Below the pieces are notes generated by a model, which saw only the letters and a list, made by a program, of their open reading frames with translations, was not told the origin of the DNA and searched no databases. A stretch of 63,250 nt of DNA, the filler included, from Ionaspis alba (lineage: Eukaryota), in assembly GCA_964255285.1 (NCBI GenBank). It is 2 parts of 2 records of this genome, joined end to end, with 100 filler letters (N's around TTAATTAATTAA, not from the genome) between each part and the next. Parts side by side here need not be neighbours in the genome. Positions count along the whole stretch, not along the records: positions 1 to 31,596 come from CAXUUL010000108.1; 1 more part is not named here. One strand, given 5' to 3'. Below are positions 13,078 through 25,117 of the stretch, piece by piece (the stretch's first letter is position 1; each line of letters begins with the position of its first letter). The translations under genes and the position numbers were made by a program.

Positions 13078-15000
13078 CTAAATAGCGATATGTTTCACAT
13101 CCATGGATTCGCCTCCCATGAGGCCCTGGGCATAGCACTCGCCAACAAGAAGATGTTGTCCAGCATCCTCACGGACTATGAAAGGGAGCTGGCAGCCAAA
13201 AATGACACACACTAGATCTCCTGATCTCGTTGCTTCAGGAGCCAGTCCCATGTATCGTTCTGCAGTTACGAAGAAAGTCCTTCCTCGAATGAATTTTTCC
13301 ATTACATACGAAAATCTCCGGCCCCCCTCAAGGTGGGTTGCAATGAATCCGTCCCTCTTCCTCGGAGAAGCCCCTATTCCCGATTGTCTTGGTAAGCAGC
13401 ATGGAAACCATTGCTTCATGATGTTCGATATCTTGGTTTGTCTCAATCGCTGTGGCTTTCGCATGATTCGATCCTCGTGCTACACCCAGTGATGGTCGGC
13501 GTGCCGATAGCGTATCATCTCCTGTGAGATATGGTTCACACAATCCCGTCATTTGAAGACAAGCACCGATTTCGGCCCTGCGGATCATATAGAGCCGATT
13601 GATATACTCTATGGAAGAGTCTTCCGGGCAAGATTCATAGAACGAGAAATTCGTCCCGACCGTAGAGACTGTACTGATCATCTTTCCAGCGACGACTAAG
13701 ACACTATGAGCTCTGACCACTCGATATTTAGCTGTCGTGCCTCGTGTTGCCTGACAGACGGGTGGAGTCCCAATCGACGGGCCCTGTCTTATCGCAAGTC
13801 TGAAGTTAAGATGGGATCCGGACCAGTCAGGCACCATGAAGGTAAGCTGTACTGCGGCGGAGATGGCCGATGTCGCTCAAAATCCAAACTGTGATGGTGC
13901 TGAATACTCCTTCTTGCAACGTCAAGGTTTACGCTTTCTACAAGGAGTGTATAATCAACATCACCGTGTACACTGCGCACAGCTTTGTCAGGACACCAAG
14001 CAAAGAGAACAACTTATCTCGGCAACCGCTGGTCTTGCACAATCGAAAAGCAATAAGCACAGTCAACAAATAGTCATTGGGCTTCACTCGATACTGCTTC
14101 CACAAGTCGCTTTCTTAGGTACCGGATACGAGCGACCTGATCGAGAGCATTACTCTGATCAAATATCGAGCGTTGCTTGACCGGATAGTTGACTGCGACC
14201 TTCACGTCCTCCCTGACGAAGATAAGAGCAGAAAAACTATCGAGTGCTTCCCTAGGCATATCCATCGTTCCGCATATCACGACCGCCTTTCGGGCCACGG
14301 TAGCTTACTGAATGACCCATGCGCGTGGGGACCATGACCTCTGGAAGAGCTGAGCCACCGCGTGCCTCTGGGTTTCGCGATCTCCATCAAGATCCATGGC
14401 GGAAAAGAGACAAGCTGAGCTTCAGGCAGGGCGATTTGATTGGGAAGGCGTTGATTGAACTGAGGTACATCTCCCATGGCTGTATCGCTGTCATCTGCAG
14501 CATGCCCAAGCTAGACCAGCGCCGTTTGTGCCTGGCTATAGATGTCGCGCATGATCTGGACCTGATGGCCACGTTCCAGCAGATCAGATTGATTTATCGG
14601 CAAATTACAGAATTGACCCCCAAAAGTGACTTTTCTTACTAATTTGACTTTAATCTTACTATTTTGACCTTGACGTCCATTTTACTCGATTGACTCCCAT
14701 AACAAAACTGCTTCCTTCTTTTCTTCCTGATCGGTGAATTGGTTTATTGATTCATAAATACTGTTTTCGAACGTTTTTAAAACGTTCAAGACGTCTTTGC
14801 TTTCGCCTTCGTTGAAAGTTTCAAAACGCGTCTTAATCGAGTTCCTCCTCCTCGTTGCCGACGGGGGTCAATTTAGTAAAATTACATTTTGGAGGGGGTC
14901 AAAATAGTAAAATGGAAGTCAAATTAGTAAGAAAGGTCGCTTTTGGGGGTCAATCGTGTAATTTGCCGTTGATTTATACATACTGAGTCGACCCCAGAGC
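13078..15000 (-). pseudogene. HET-domain (HET-6-like) heterokaryon incompatibility pseudogene
   Basis: Reconstructed motifs: LW(+1 nt)VDSVCINQ-[MITE]-SDLLERGHQVQIMRDIYSQAQTALV*LG, WILMEIA, CRDKLFSLLG, LPSW(frameshift)VPDWS, and C-terminal GRTFFVTAERYMGLAP...GDLVCVIFGCQLPFIVRE...LVGECYAQGLMGGE. Multiple frameshifts and stops. The 5' end cannot be recovered. Confidence 0.88.
14598..14968. mobile_element. Non-autonomous Mutator-like DNA transposon (MITE), 371 bp
   Basis: TIRs of >=70 bp (left cggcaaattacagaattgacccccaaaagtgac..., right ...gtcgcttttgggggtcaatcgtgtaatttgccg). Perfect 9-bp TSD ttgatttat at 14589-14597 and 14969-14977. AT-rich, non-coding interior. Confidence 0.92.
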
Positions 15001-16375
15001 AAAATCAAACCCCCCCCCGGGGAGACTCTGTACCGAATTCGGCTTGACCATTCTCGGCGCGTGACTTTCCTCTATCACCTCCCTTGTTCTTGATGCTATC
15101 CTCATCATAAACACACCGCCCCAATATCCATGATACTGGCCGTCCTACTATTCTCTTCACATTGTTGGGCCACGCACTATGGGTTTCAGCTGGTACTATG
15201 GAAGTTGGAATTAGCAAAGGTGCCTCTACGCGTTACCTGTGGGCAGTGCGACCAAGGCCCAGGTCTGGCGACCCTCTTAGGCTCTCCTTAATAGCATGAC
15301 GATATTACTATTTCTAAATTTTTCATACATAGGTTAAATAGTGATGGTGCTGTAGCCATTTGAAGTTCGTGTATAGGGGGGCAAAAAGTGGGAATTCGGA
15401 ATCGAGTGGTGATCTACGTTACACATTTTTGTGCGCCCACTCGATTCCAGCGCCAATCTTCAACTTCACATTCCTTTTCAACCATCACACCAAACCTTGC
15501 AGCCTCAGGCTTAAATTGATCCCCAGAATCTGCGCTTCACAGCGTTGGTAAGTTCGAGGTCGTATACCTCGTCGTCGCTAACGAATCTTGCACTGAAGCA
15601 GCAATCAGATAGCACGTAGACCGTCACTTAGAGCAACTTGTTCCAACTGAGTCCTCTCAGATGGAGAAACAATGCTCAAATCACACCAAATCTAGGCGGG
15701 TTTGACTTCAAGGCTGGGGACTCGGCTGAAACAGCCCCGCACAGAAAAGTGCGTGACCCGGGTGGTCCCTAATCTGGGTCGTTCGGGTCCGATGCAGAAT
15801 GGGCGATAGCCTGGTCGCACCAACGAGTGGCAGGAGGTGAGAGTGCCGAATCGCTTGGTTGTCAACGCAGCAGGTGTGACGCGCAATATAGCTCCCACTC
15901 ATTCTCCCACAACCCAGACGAAGCACTGGTAGCAATAGTACATATCGGACTGTAGGTGGCCCAGACAGTCTCCCATGTCCCACCGAACACAGGATTGAAT
16001 GTGCTGGTTACGCTGCGATTCGGGCAGACTGTAACGACTTAGCAAAAATCCCCAGTGACCTTTCTGTGCAAAATAGAGACACTGACCTGCCCAAGAGTAT
16101 CTGACAGCACTTTACGGGTCAAGCTCCATCGACCGATCGCGACCTTGGAAGGTAAAGGACAGTGAATTCTTAAAATACGAAGGAGATCATCGCGCTCGAC
16201 TGTCCTTGGTCGGAAGAGCTCTTGCCCATCCAGAGCCCCGCCTCACACTGCAAGATTGAGAGAAAGAGCCGTTTGTGCCTCTGCTGAATTCGATCTTATC
16301 GCAATCCGAGTTGCTCCATCACTGAGTCTGATCTTCCTCCAACATCGCACGTACCTGCCGATTTTGTGACTCGTA

Positions 16376-19300
16376 ATGTTTCGACGCGTCCTCGGTGGGA
16401 AGAAAAAGGACAAAGAAGGAGCAAAGGTGTCCGAGACGGGTACGACAGGCACAATCTCTGATAAAGAGGGATTGACTATCGTCCCAGTGAGACGCACAGG
16501 GCCATCTCAGCCGCCTATGATCCATCAGCTGATGCTGTGCAGAAGGACACCCTTGGCCTACACGTCCTCTCCGAGCCAGAGAATGGAGATGCCAAAGTTG
16601 AGTAGGTGCTGTCTGAAAGTCGCATTTGTAAATCACTGAGTGTTTCCAGCATCGTGGCGGTGCATGGCCTCGGCGGAAATTCCTATTCTACATGGACGCA
16701 TAGCAATGGTGTCCTATGGCTAAGGGACCTCTTACCTACAGAGATCAAAGATGCGCGCATCATGACCTACGGATATGATGTTGGGATGATTACCAAAGCT
16801 CGAACCGAGAGAAGTTTCACATTCGCCGAGGGGCTACTCACAGAACTGAGAGACTTGAGACCCGGTGGAGCGGTATGACCACAGGGCCTCTTCCCCAGCA
16901 GAGGGCTGACATTCCACAGAGAACGCGGCCCTTGTTCTTCATCGCCCATAGTCTGGGAGGAATCGTTGTCAAAAAGGTCTTGGGGCTTGCCTGCTCCCTC
17001 GAGCTATTTTGGCTAACGCGTTTGGGGCCAGGTGCTTATCATCGCCAAATCCAGGCCAACTCAGTATGGCGACATCATTGACAGTACGAGGCACCTGATG
17101 TTCTTTGGAACTCCACACCAGGGTACCACGTCGATGGCAGGATTCCTCCGCCGCCTAGGTGCTTCGCTGTCTTCGGAAGGCAGCGTTCTCCGAGAACTGG
17201 AGCTTTGGAGCCCTCAGGTTCACGAGACAAACAGCGCTTTCCTAACCGAAATTGCACCCATGTTCACCATCACCACTTTTTGGGAGAGAGAGAAGATTGC
17301 CGGTGTTCAGGTGACTTACCAGACAAAGCTTGCCGGACTCTGAAGACTAATCTCCATGATAGGTCGTTGATGAGGGCTCTGCGCGTCTCCATCAAACACA
17401 CGAGGATGTTATCGGCCTAGACGCAGACCACCGGACTATGTGTAATTTCAAAGACGCTGATGATAACAAATTCATCAAGACTGTTCGACGACTTCAAGCC
17501 GAGATCAGCAACTTGAACGAGCAGCCACTCAACGTGAACGACGAGCGAATCAAAGATCTTCTCAAGTATGTGGCTCCAACTCACGATCCGTCTCAACCAC
17601 GAGGTTCACATGGGGACAATGTCCAGGAACAATGAGCTCGCACCTTACCTGAAGTCACTAAACGCTGCGCAACTCCAGCTGGAGGTAGAACGGTGGATCA
17701 CCCAAGTTCGTCAATCCCTGGTTATCTCGGCCGTTGTCTGATTTTGTTTTCTAGGAATACAGCGCTGGGGTAGGAAAGCCTTAGCTGAAGATGTTTATAA
17801 TCTCTATTACTGACACTGCTTTAAGCTGAAGCACGAATTCCGAGACTGGATTGACCCTCCGATCTTCGACGACAACGATTTCCTAAAACATCACAGCAAG
17901 CTGTCAAAACGACATGAGAAGTCTGCTCAGTGGATCTTTGAGCAAAATACGTTCAAGTCCTGGGAATCGGGCGAATCGAGGCTGCTTTGGGTCTGTGGTC
18001 GACCTGGTTGCGGAAAGTCGGTCCTTGCCTCCAACGTTGTACAACATTTCCGCCACCGATCGTTATCTCAAACCGCGCCTGCTCCCACGGTCGTGTATGC
18101 ATTCAGTGATAAGCAAGATGAGGGTAAGAAATTCTCTGCATCGTTGTTGCGAACGCTCCTCTGGCAGATAGTGTCGAGCGATAAGCTTTCTATCTCCCAG
18201 CAGCTCGAGATCATCAATGATTGCCGCCGCACTTCCAGGGGGCAGGGAGCCCAGCCGAACGCTTCCACCGATCACAGGTTTGCGTACATGTCGAGTCTAC
18301 TCGAGAAGTACATTCAGATGCTACCTGTCGTCATTATTCTTGACGGCCTCGACGAGTGCTACGATCCGGACTTGCTTGCTTCCCTGGTGGTCCAGCCGGG
18401 GTCTTTTCAGTCTGACGGTGTCAGAATCTGGGTGTCCAGCCAGAAGATTCATACTGTTTCTCGCCACCTCGATCATTGCCCAGCCAAGATCGATATGGAA
18501 GACGAAAACATCCGAAGCTTGACCGACGGTGACATCAGACAATATGTAAGAACCGAACTCTCCGCAAGTGAGAGCCCTGTCATATCACAGAATATCGACG
18601 AGATGACTGAAGCTATCGCCTCAAAAGCCAACGGGATGTTCCTTTGGGCTGCGATCTCCGTTCCCGAAGTACAAGCGAGAGCCGAAGCTGCGTCGAACGA
18701 TCTTGAGCAACTCCGGGAATCCATTGGCGATTTACCTGAGAACATGGAAGAAACATTTGTGTACCTGCTGAACCGTATCTTGAGACCGGTGTCAAATCTT
18801 GGAGCACGTGCTAATGAACAGCGTCGAAATAAACTGGTCCAGATCCTGAGATGGTCCATCCATGCAGTCAGGCCCCTCACAGTAAGCGAATTGAATGAGG
18901 CAACGACTATTGTTCCTTATGAGCACGAACAGTCTCAGAAGGTCGAATCCACTCAATCATCCGACATTTCTGGCCTGCTGAGGTCGTTATATCCTTTGAT
19001 CTACATCTCGGAAGAAACGGTGCACCTCATGCACGCCACGTTCCGGAGCTTTGTTCTTCCAGCAGGTAACACTGAGCCTGTGGCAGCCGTTGTGGAGATG
19101 TTAGGTTCTCAGAGCTTCCAGTCTGAGCTTGCAGCGCAATGCGTCGTATACTTGAGCAGGCCCTGCTTCAAGAACTTCATCTTACTGTCTTCGAATTCTG
19201 ATCTGACGAAGAAATTTGCACTTCTTCAGTATGCGACTGTGAATTGGATAACCCATGTCTTGAATGATCCAAATGCCAATACTGTATTGAAGAATCAGCT

Positions 19301-22300
19301 GCATGACTTCCTGTCTACGAATCAGGCTATAACATGGCTCGAACAATACATGACCTACAATATCGACGGTATCAAAACGTTACAGAGTCAGCTCTACCGC
19401 CACCAGGGCTATGTCGCAGACCCGAAATGGATTTTGAAGATCCTCATCGATAGCGTGGAGGAGAGAATGGAGCGCGATCCAGACTCAGTCAAGACAGACC
19501 AGATGACTACTGAACTCGGCACGCTCTACAGATATCATGGTATGGCAAAGGACGCAGCAACCATCTATGAAAAAGTCTACCGCAAGCAGAAGGCATTGAC
19601 AGCACCGAACTCTCACAAGCTTCGACATGCAATCAACAATCTTGCACTCGCGAAGAGTGACCTGAATCAATTGGACGAGGCGAAGCAGCTTTTTGAAGAG
19701 CTTCTCGATATCGTCAGAACGTCAGCTGATGGAGACACGGAGGATGCCATCGCTGCATTAAACAACCTTGCATCTGTTTCCTCTAGCCTTGGCCATTATC
19801 CAGAAGCCGTCGAACTCTCCGCCCAGCATTTGGCTCGAACCAGAGCATTCTACGGTGATCGTGATGTGAAAACCTGCCTGGCCTACAACAATTTTGGACA
19901 CGCCTGTTTATCTGTAGGGCGGGCAGGGGTGGCTAAAGAACATGTCCTCCGAGCCTTTCAGCTCTACACCGAGATACAGGGAAAGGATTCCCATGGCGCA
20001 CTCTTGGCATTAAATAACCTTGCTGCAGCTGAGAGCGCATTAGGCAATGACACTGAAGCGTTACGGCTCTCTGAATATCTCTGGACGACAAGGCAGAGTA
20101 TGCTTGGAGAGGATCACCCGGATACATTGCTCGCTTGCCAAAATTACTCTGTCTATCTTTTTCACCATGACCGCGTCAACGATGCCTTGCCATTACTCGA
20201 AAACCAGGTCCGCAAACAGCAGAAGCTTAGAGGACCAACCCACTCTAATACTTTGTCTGCTCAGGCGAATCTTGCAGAGGCATTGGAACAGCTCGGTAGG
20301 TATAGAGAGGCGTTGGAGCTTCAACGGCGTACCCTCGATGCCAAAAAGCGGATCCTTGGGATCTCTCATCCGGATACTCTGCAAAGCATGCTAAACTATG
20401 CCAACGCGCTGCGCAAGGATTACAAATTTCAGGACGCCAGATCACTACTAGTCGACTGTCTCAGCTTGCACTCTCAAACATTGGGACTATACCACGAGAG
20501 GACTATCATGGCGATGAGAAGCCTGTCTGGGTTCTGCGAAGAGCAAAATCGCTTCCATCTGGCTGAACATTTGGCAGTGCGCGCGCTCTATCTTACGAAA
20601 ATCACTCTTTCGGGAGACCACCAATCGACCTTACTAAGCGACATCTTCTGCGCAACAGCAATGAGGGCTCTTCATAAGTATGATGCAGCTGAAGTTGTTC
20701 TGAAACGCGTTTTACGATTGGCTCGAAGAGCATCGATCGAAGAGGCCACCATAGTCCTCGGCGCAAGGGCAGCTCTGTCAAGCACGCATAGATATCAAGG
20801 AGACTACGACGCGGCACTGGATATGGCAGATCAGGTGGTCGAGCGATGTGAAACCCGAGGTACGGGAGGCAAAGACATGAGACAGTGGCTACTGGCTGGC
20901 TGGGAGCAGCGGGGTCTTGCTTTGGGGAAACTGGAAAGACATGAAGAAGCGCTTAACATGCTAAAGAAGGTGCAAGAGGAGAGAGTCAAGGATTTCGGCC
21001 CTGAAAGCAATGCAAGGCTACCCTCCCAGTGCAATCTTGCCCTCTGCCGCTTGAATGTTGGAGATGTCGAGGCTGCCCAAGATTTGATACAGCCTGTGCT
21101 CAAGACTTGGCTGGAGCTGCTAGGTAAAGCGCATTCCCTTACTGGCATGGCGATGGCCATTCAGGCAAAATGCCATTGCAGGCTTGGGAAATATGCAGAA
21201 GCCAAATCTCTTCAGCTGGAAGCAATAGCGGTACGCCAGACTGCACTGGGTTCGCGGCATTTATTGACTTTGCGCACGAGACATGACTATGCAACGATTC
21301 TGTTTGAATCCGGAGATTATGAAGCAGCTGAGCAGGCAATGACGGACGTGCTCCGGGACGAAAGGCGGTACTTACGCAAGGGTCATCCTCACACTCTTGA
21401 AAGTGCAATGTACCTCGATGAGATCCACACCAAGCTGGGCAAAGATCTTGTCTCGGTGCCTACTATCGCACCTGAAGAGATCAACGACGAGAACGAGGAA
21501 TCGGCGAAATTACAAGCACTACACAAGACTCTGGAAGAAGCTGAAGCCGTCCTTGGGAGTAATGATCCCGAAATATTGATACTTCAACGAGAGCTTGCTC
21601 TTGCTCATGAAGCAGCCCTCCGCAACAATGATGCGATCCGCCTTCTCCAAGAAGTGCTTGAGCGACAGACTGAGGTGCATTCTGCCACGCATCCTGAGAC
21701 AATTACCACTCTCGTAGAAGTCATAAGGCTGACTGGGGGCAAAGACAAAACCAAGAAAGCACAGCTCTCACAAGCTCTCATGGAAATGATCCGGACCAGG
21801 TCGACGAAAGACATGAGCCTGTTTCGCAAGATTCTGGAATATAATCCCGACATGACTGCTACAGACCCTGAAACAGGTTATACAGCACTCGCTCTTGCGG
21901 TACACAGGAACGAATTGGACCTAGTGCGCTACCTGCTGGCATCTGGTGTCGATGCTAACACCGTCGAGTCCGACGGCAGAACCTGTCTACACATCTCCGT
22001 TGCCGCGCAGCTCTCGGAGATGGTGGAGCTTTTACTCAAACACAAAGCGAGCCCGAATGTGTTGGGAACCAAGGAAAAGCACAGTCCACTATATCTGGCT
22101 TCTGCCAAGGGGTACATCGACATCGCACGCATTTTGCTTGAAGGGTCAGCAAGTCCGAATTTTCCTGAGGATGTGGCGCCCCTTCTTGCGGCGGCAGGGT
22201 ACAATCACTCTAATCTTGTGGAGTTACTCCTCCACCATGGCGCTAACATAGAAGTCCTATCATCGGAGGGGATGACCCCATTCCTCAACAGTATCTTCCA

Positions 22301-23756
22301 TGGGCACTTACCGATGGTCGAGCTTCTTCACAAACGGGGCGCCAATGCCAGCGCCGCGTCAAGCTCTGGCAGCAGAGCACTGCATCTGGCGTGCTGGAAA
22401 GGCTCGAAACCCATCGTGGCATTCCTGATCGGCATCGGGCAAGACGTGAATGAATCTGCAACGACCGGGGGCTTCACGCCCTTGCACATTGCAGCCGAAC
22501 AAGGCTTCTGGGAGATCATGGAAGTCCTCGTACAGGCAGGCGCGTCGCTTGATTCACGCAGCACCAACGAGAATGCGTGGACGCCGCTGGTAAGTGCAGC
22601 TTGGGCCGGGCGAGCAGAGGTCGCCGGAAATATCTTGAAAATCCCTGGACAGACACCGAACACGCACTTCGGCTTGTTGCGTGCAACTCCGCTTCATTAT
22701 GCTGCTTCTGCCGGCCACGTCGAAGTTGTCGGCAAGCTACTAACGGCTGGAGCCGACATGGATGCGCTCACCATACACGGAGCAACTGCGCTGATCGAGG
22801 CTGTCCGGGAAGGCCATCTTGCAGCGGTGGAGACACTTTTAGCAGCAGGCGCAAACGTGGACATCGAATCATCGGGGAAAACAGCGTTAACGATAAGCTT
22901 GCTCAACGGCAAGGTCGAGATCGTGGAGGCTCTCATCAAACACCCGACCACGAACGTCGACGCACGCATCTTCGGGAGCGTAACGACCATCTACCTCGCA
23001 ATCTATCTCCTCCCAAGCTCAATTTTGAACCTCCTGCTCGAAAGAGGCGCAAACCCCAATCTCCCCAGCACCGAATGCCAACAATACCCACTACACCTCG
23101 CCGTCGAGCTCCGGGAACACGCCTACATCCAAACTCTCCTGGACCACGGCGCAGACCAGACCCTGCGGGACATCTTCGGCCGCACAGCCGTCGACACAGT
23201 CGAAGCAGACGACAATGTCTTTGAGATGCTCAGCACCGATTTCCGAACCTCCCTTTCCGACCACATTGCGAAGGCCGAAAGCACCATCGCGAACCATGCC
23301 CTAGAGATCTCCGTGCATCTCGAGTCGGGGAAGCCCAAAAGCGACCAATTCGTCCGAGATAAGCTGGAGATCGTGGCGCAGGCTTTCCATATCCTGAACG
23401 CCACGGACGGCGAGAGGATCGCGCTGGAGCAGTGCATTGTCTGGAAGGAGACCAACGACAAGCGGGTGATAGAACACACACTCAATTGCATTGGCTGCCG
23501 GGGTCTGAACAGCATCGTCGGTACGATGTATATCTGCACGAAATGCCCGTCTACGGCGCTGTGCGCGGCGTGCTACGAGGGTCATTGGAGCGGCGAGAAG
23601 CCGTGCAAGGCGTGTAGGCACGGTGCGGAGGTGTTTTTCGCTATACCGGGGGAGGGATGGGTGGAATTGGATGCGGAGGGCTTTGTATGTAAAGATAGCG
23701 AGACTGGCAGGGGATGCAGGTTCGGTGAGTGGTTGACGGAGAAGTCTTTCATATAG
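16376..23756 (+). CDS. Fungal NLR (STAND): SesB-like alpha/beta-hydrolase + NACHT + TPR repeats + ankyrin repeats + ZZ-type zinc finger; 9 exons predicted
   Basis: Hydrolase motifs: DIVAVHGLGG, WLRDLLP, RIMTYGYD, FIAHSLGG (16944-16961), FFGTPHQG, LDADHRTMC. Walker A GRPGCGKS (17997-18020), Walker B IILDGLDEC (18333-18359), ANGMFLWA. HPDTL-type TPRs ~19500-21730, ankyrins ~21860-23200, CxxC...CxxC...CxxCY ZZ motif ~23486-23640. Eight GT-AG introns keep frame into the last exon (17826-23756). Confidence 0.9.
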
Positions 23757-23939
23757 ATATATAGTAGGGCGGTTCTGTTGTCGTTTCGGGCAGAACAGTT
23801 GGTTCATGCTTGAGTTTAACAACAGCTCAAGTTTTTATGGATATGTAGCACACTTCGCACGTGCGATTGCACCCATTCCTCCCCACTAACGGCCAGGACG
23901 CCAAGCCGAGCAGCCCCATAAGGCGAGTAACTCAATCGC

Positions 23940-24750
23940 GTGTTTACGCGCCCCTTGAATTAATTGTATCTTAATTTTGATCCCCTATAATCCCACCACT
24001 TTTACTTTTTACAATGTCTAATTGAGAGGAGCTTATTTAGAAGGGTTTACAGGAATTTAGATCGAAAAGATTTCGCTTCATTTCGCGAAGTGTAGCGTAT
24101 TATGGTGTTCCGCGCTCTACTTTCGATTATCGAAACTTGTCACAGGGCCAAAAAGGGCTCAAACGTTAAGCCTAATCAAGGGTTGATGTTACATCAGGAC
24201 CGAGAACCAAAGAGTAACAAGAATAACTTCGAGATAGTTGAAGGGGTGACTATAGTTAAAAAGACTGAAGATCTATCTAACCAGAGGAACCTCAGCCTTA
24301 ATATAAGCCTGAGTCCTCAGTTCTCGGTGTTCATTAACCCCGAAGCTTGATAATCAGTTAAATGATTAATAGTTATCCTATAAATGCGCTCGCTGCGTTG
24401 CGTATTTCTTTCTTGAAGGTTTAGATAGCCCGTCCTTTTATTAATATTTATTACGTTTGAATAGCTCGATCCGAGGTATTTTGCCTGCTGTAGATAAAGC
24501 CGTCGCGCAGAAGACGCGTGCGCTGCAGAGTATCATTTTATCGTTTTAGGCATGCGCGGTGAGGACGGAGTAGAAAACATCAATTCAGAAGGTTTTCTAC
24601 AGACCTTTCGACCTGCGCGTTTATCAGGAGCCTTTTGAAAGAGATTTAGACTTATGGTTGTTGAGGAGTAAAAGGTTGAAATATGGATGGAGAAAAAGAG
24701 AATTGGATAGTAACAAGAATTTTGGCAACTGGCTCCGGACTCCATTGCAA
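23940..24750 (-). mobile_element. AT-rich degenerate transposon relic (possibly Tc1/mariner 5' part, RIP-like decay)
   Basis: Abrupt AT/TpA-rich block after the NLR. Minus-strand broken frame MPKTIK*...ELFKRN...KRTGYLNLQERNTQRSERI loosely resembles transposase N-termini. No catalytic motif or paired TIR seen. Confidence 0.3.
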
Positions 24751-24787
24751 GGCTAGACCTTGGCCTCACCCAGGCACATCCAACGAC

Positions 24788-25039
24788 TGGGCCGGGCGCC
24801 AAAAAACAAGGCAGTTAAAATGTGCTGCCTCAAAATATGCCCCTACTTTAACGACTTACCTAGCCACCATGCACTTCTTAATAGGCCAAATTCTGATGGG
24901 TTTAAATTTGATCATCTCTCTATTTTGTGTTTAAGTTTATGAGTATAAATAAAGTATGATCTGTTGTAATCGTGGATTGAAAATGACTTCTTTAACGGAT
25001 ATAGGATGATAAGTGCCAAGTTTAATGGCGTCCGGCCCA
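24788..25039. mobile_element. Small inverted-repeat element (MITE-like relic), 252 bp
   Basis: 24788-24817 tgggccgggcgccaaaaaacaaggcagtta matches the reverse complement of 25010-25039 at 24/30 positions. AT-rich interior, no TSD found. Confidence 0.5.
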
Positions 25040-25117
25040 AGGCCCCCAATGGCTCACCCCCGGCTCACCCAGATCTCGTGCTCTTGTGCTCTTAGAGCAG
25101 CGACGCTTACCCGTCCA

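Noticed and set aside
16376..16490. NLR N-terminus as an amyloid signalling motif
   Set aside because: Basic/charged sequence lacking the N/Q/G pseudo-repeats of HET-s, sigma or PP motifs
19500..23200. High-identity internal repeats as in hypervariable het-e/het-d-type NLRs
   Set aside because: TPR and ankyrin units are strongly diverged from each other, with no near-identical DNA repeats visible
18093..23756. 1887-aa ORF as a stand-alone gene
   Set aside because: Its GTG start lies downstream of the Walker A motif; the frame is open from the acceptor at 17825 and splices to the hydrolase exons
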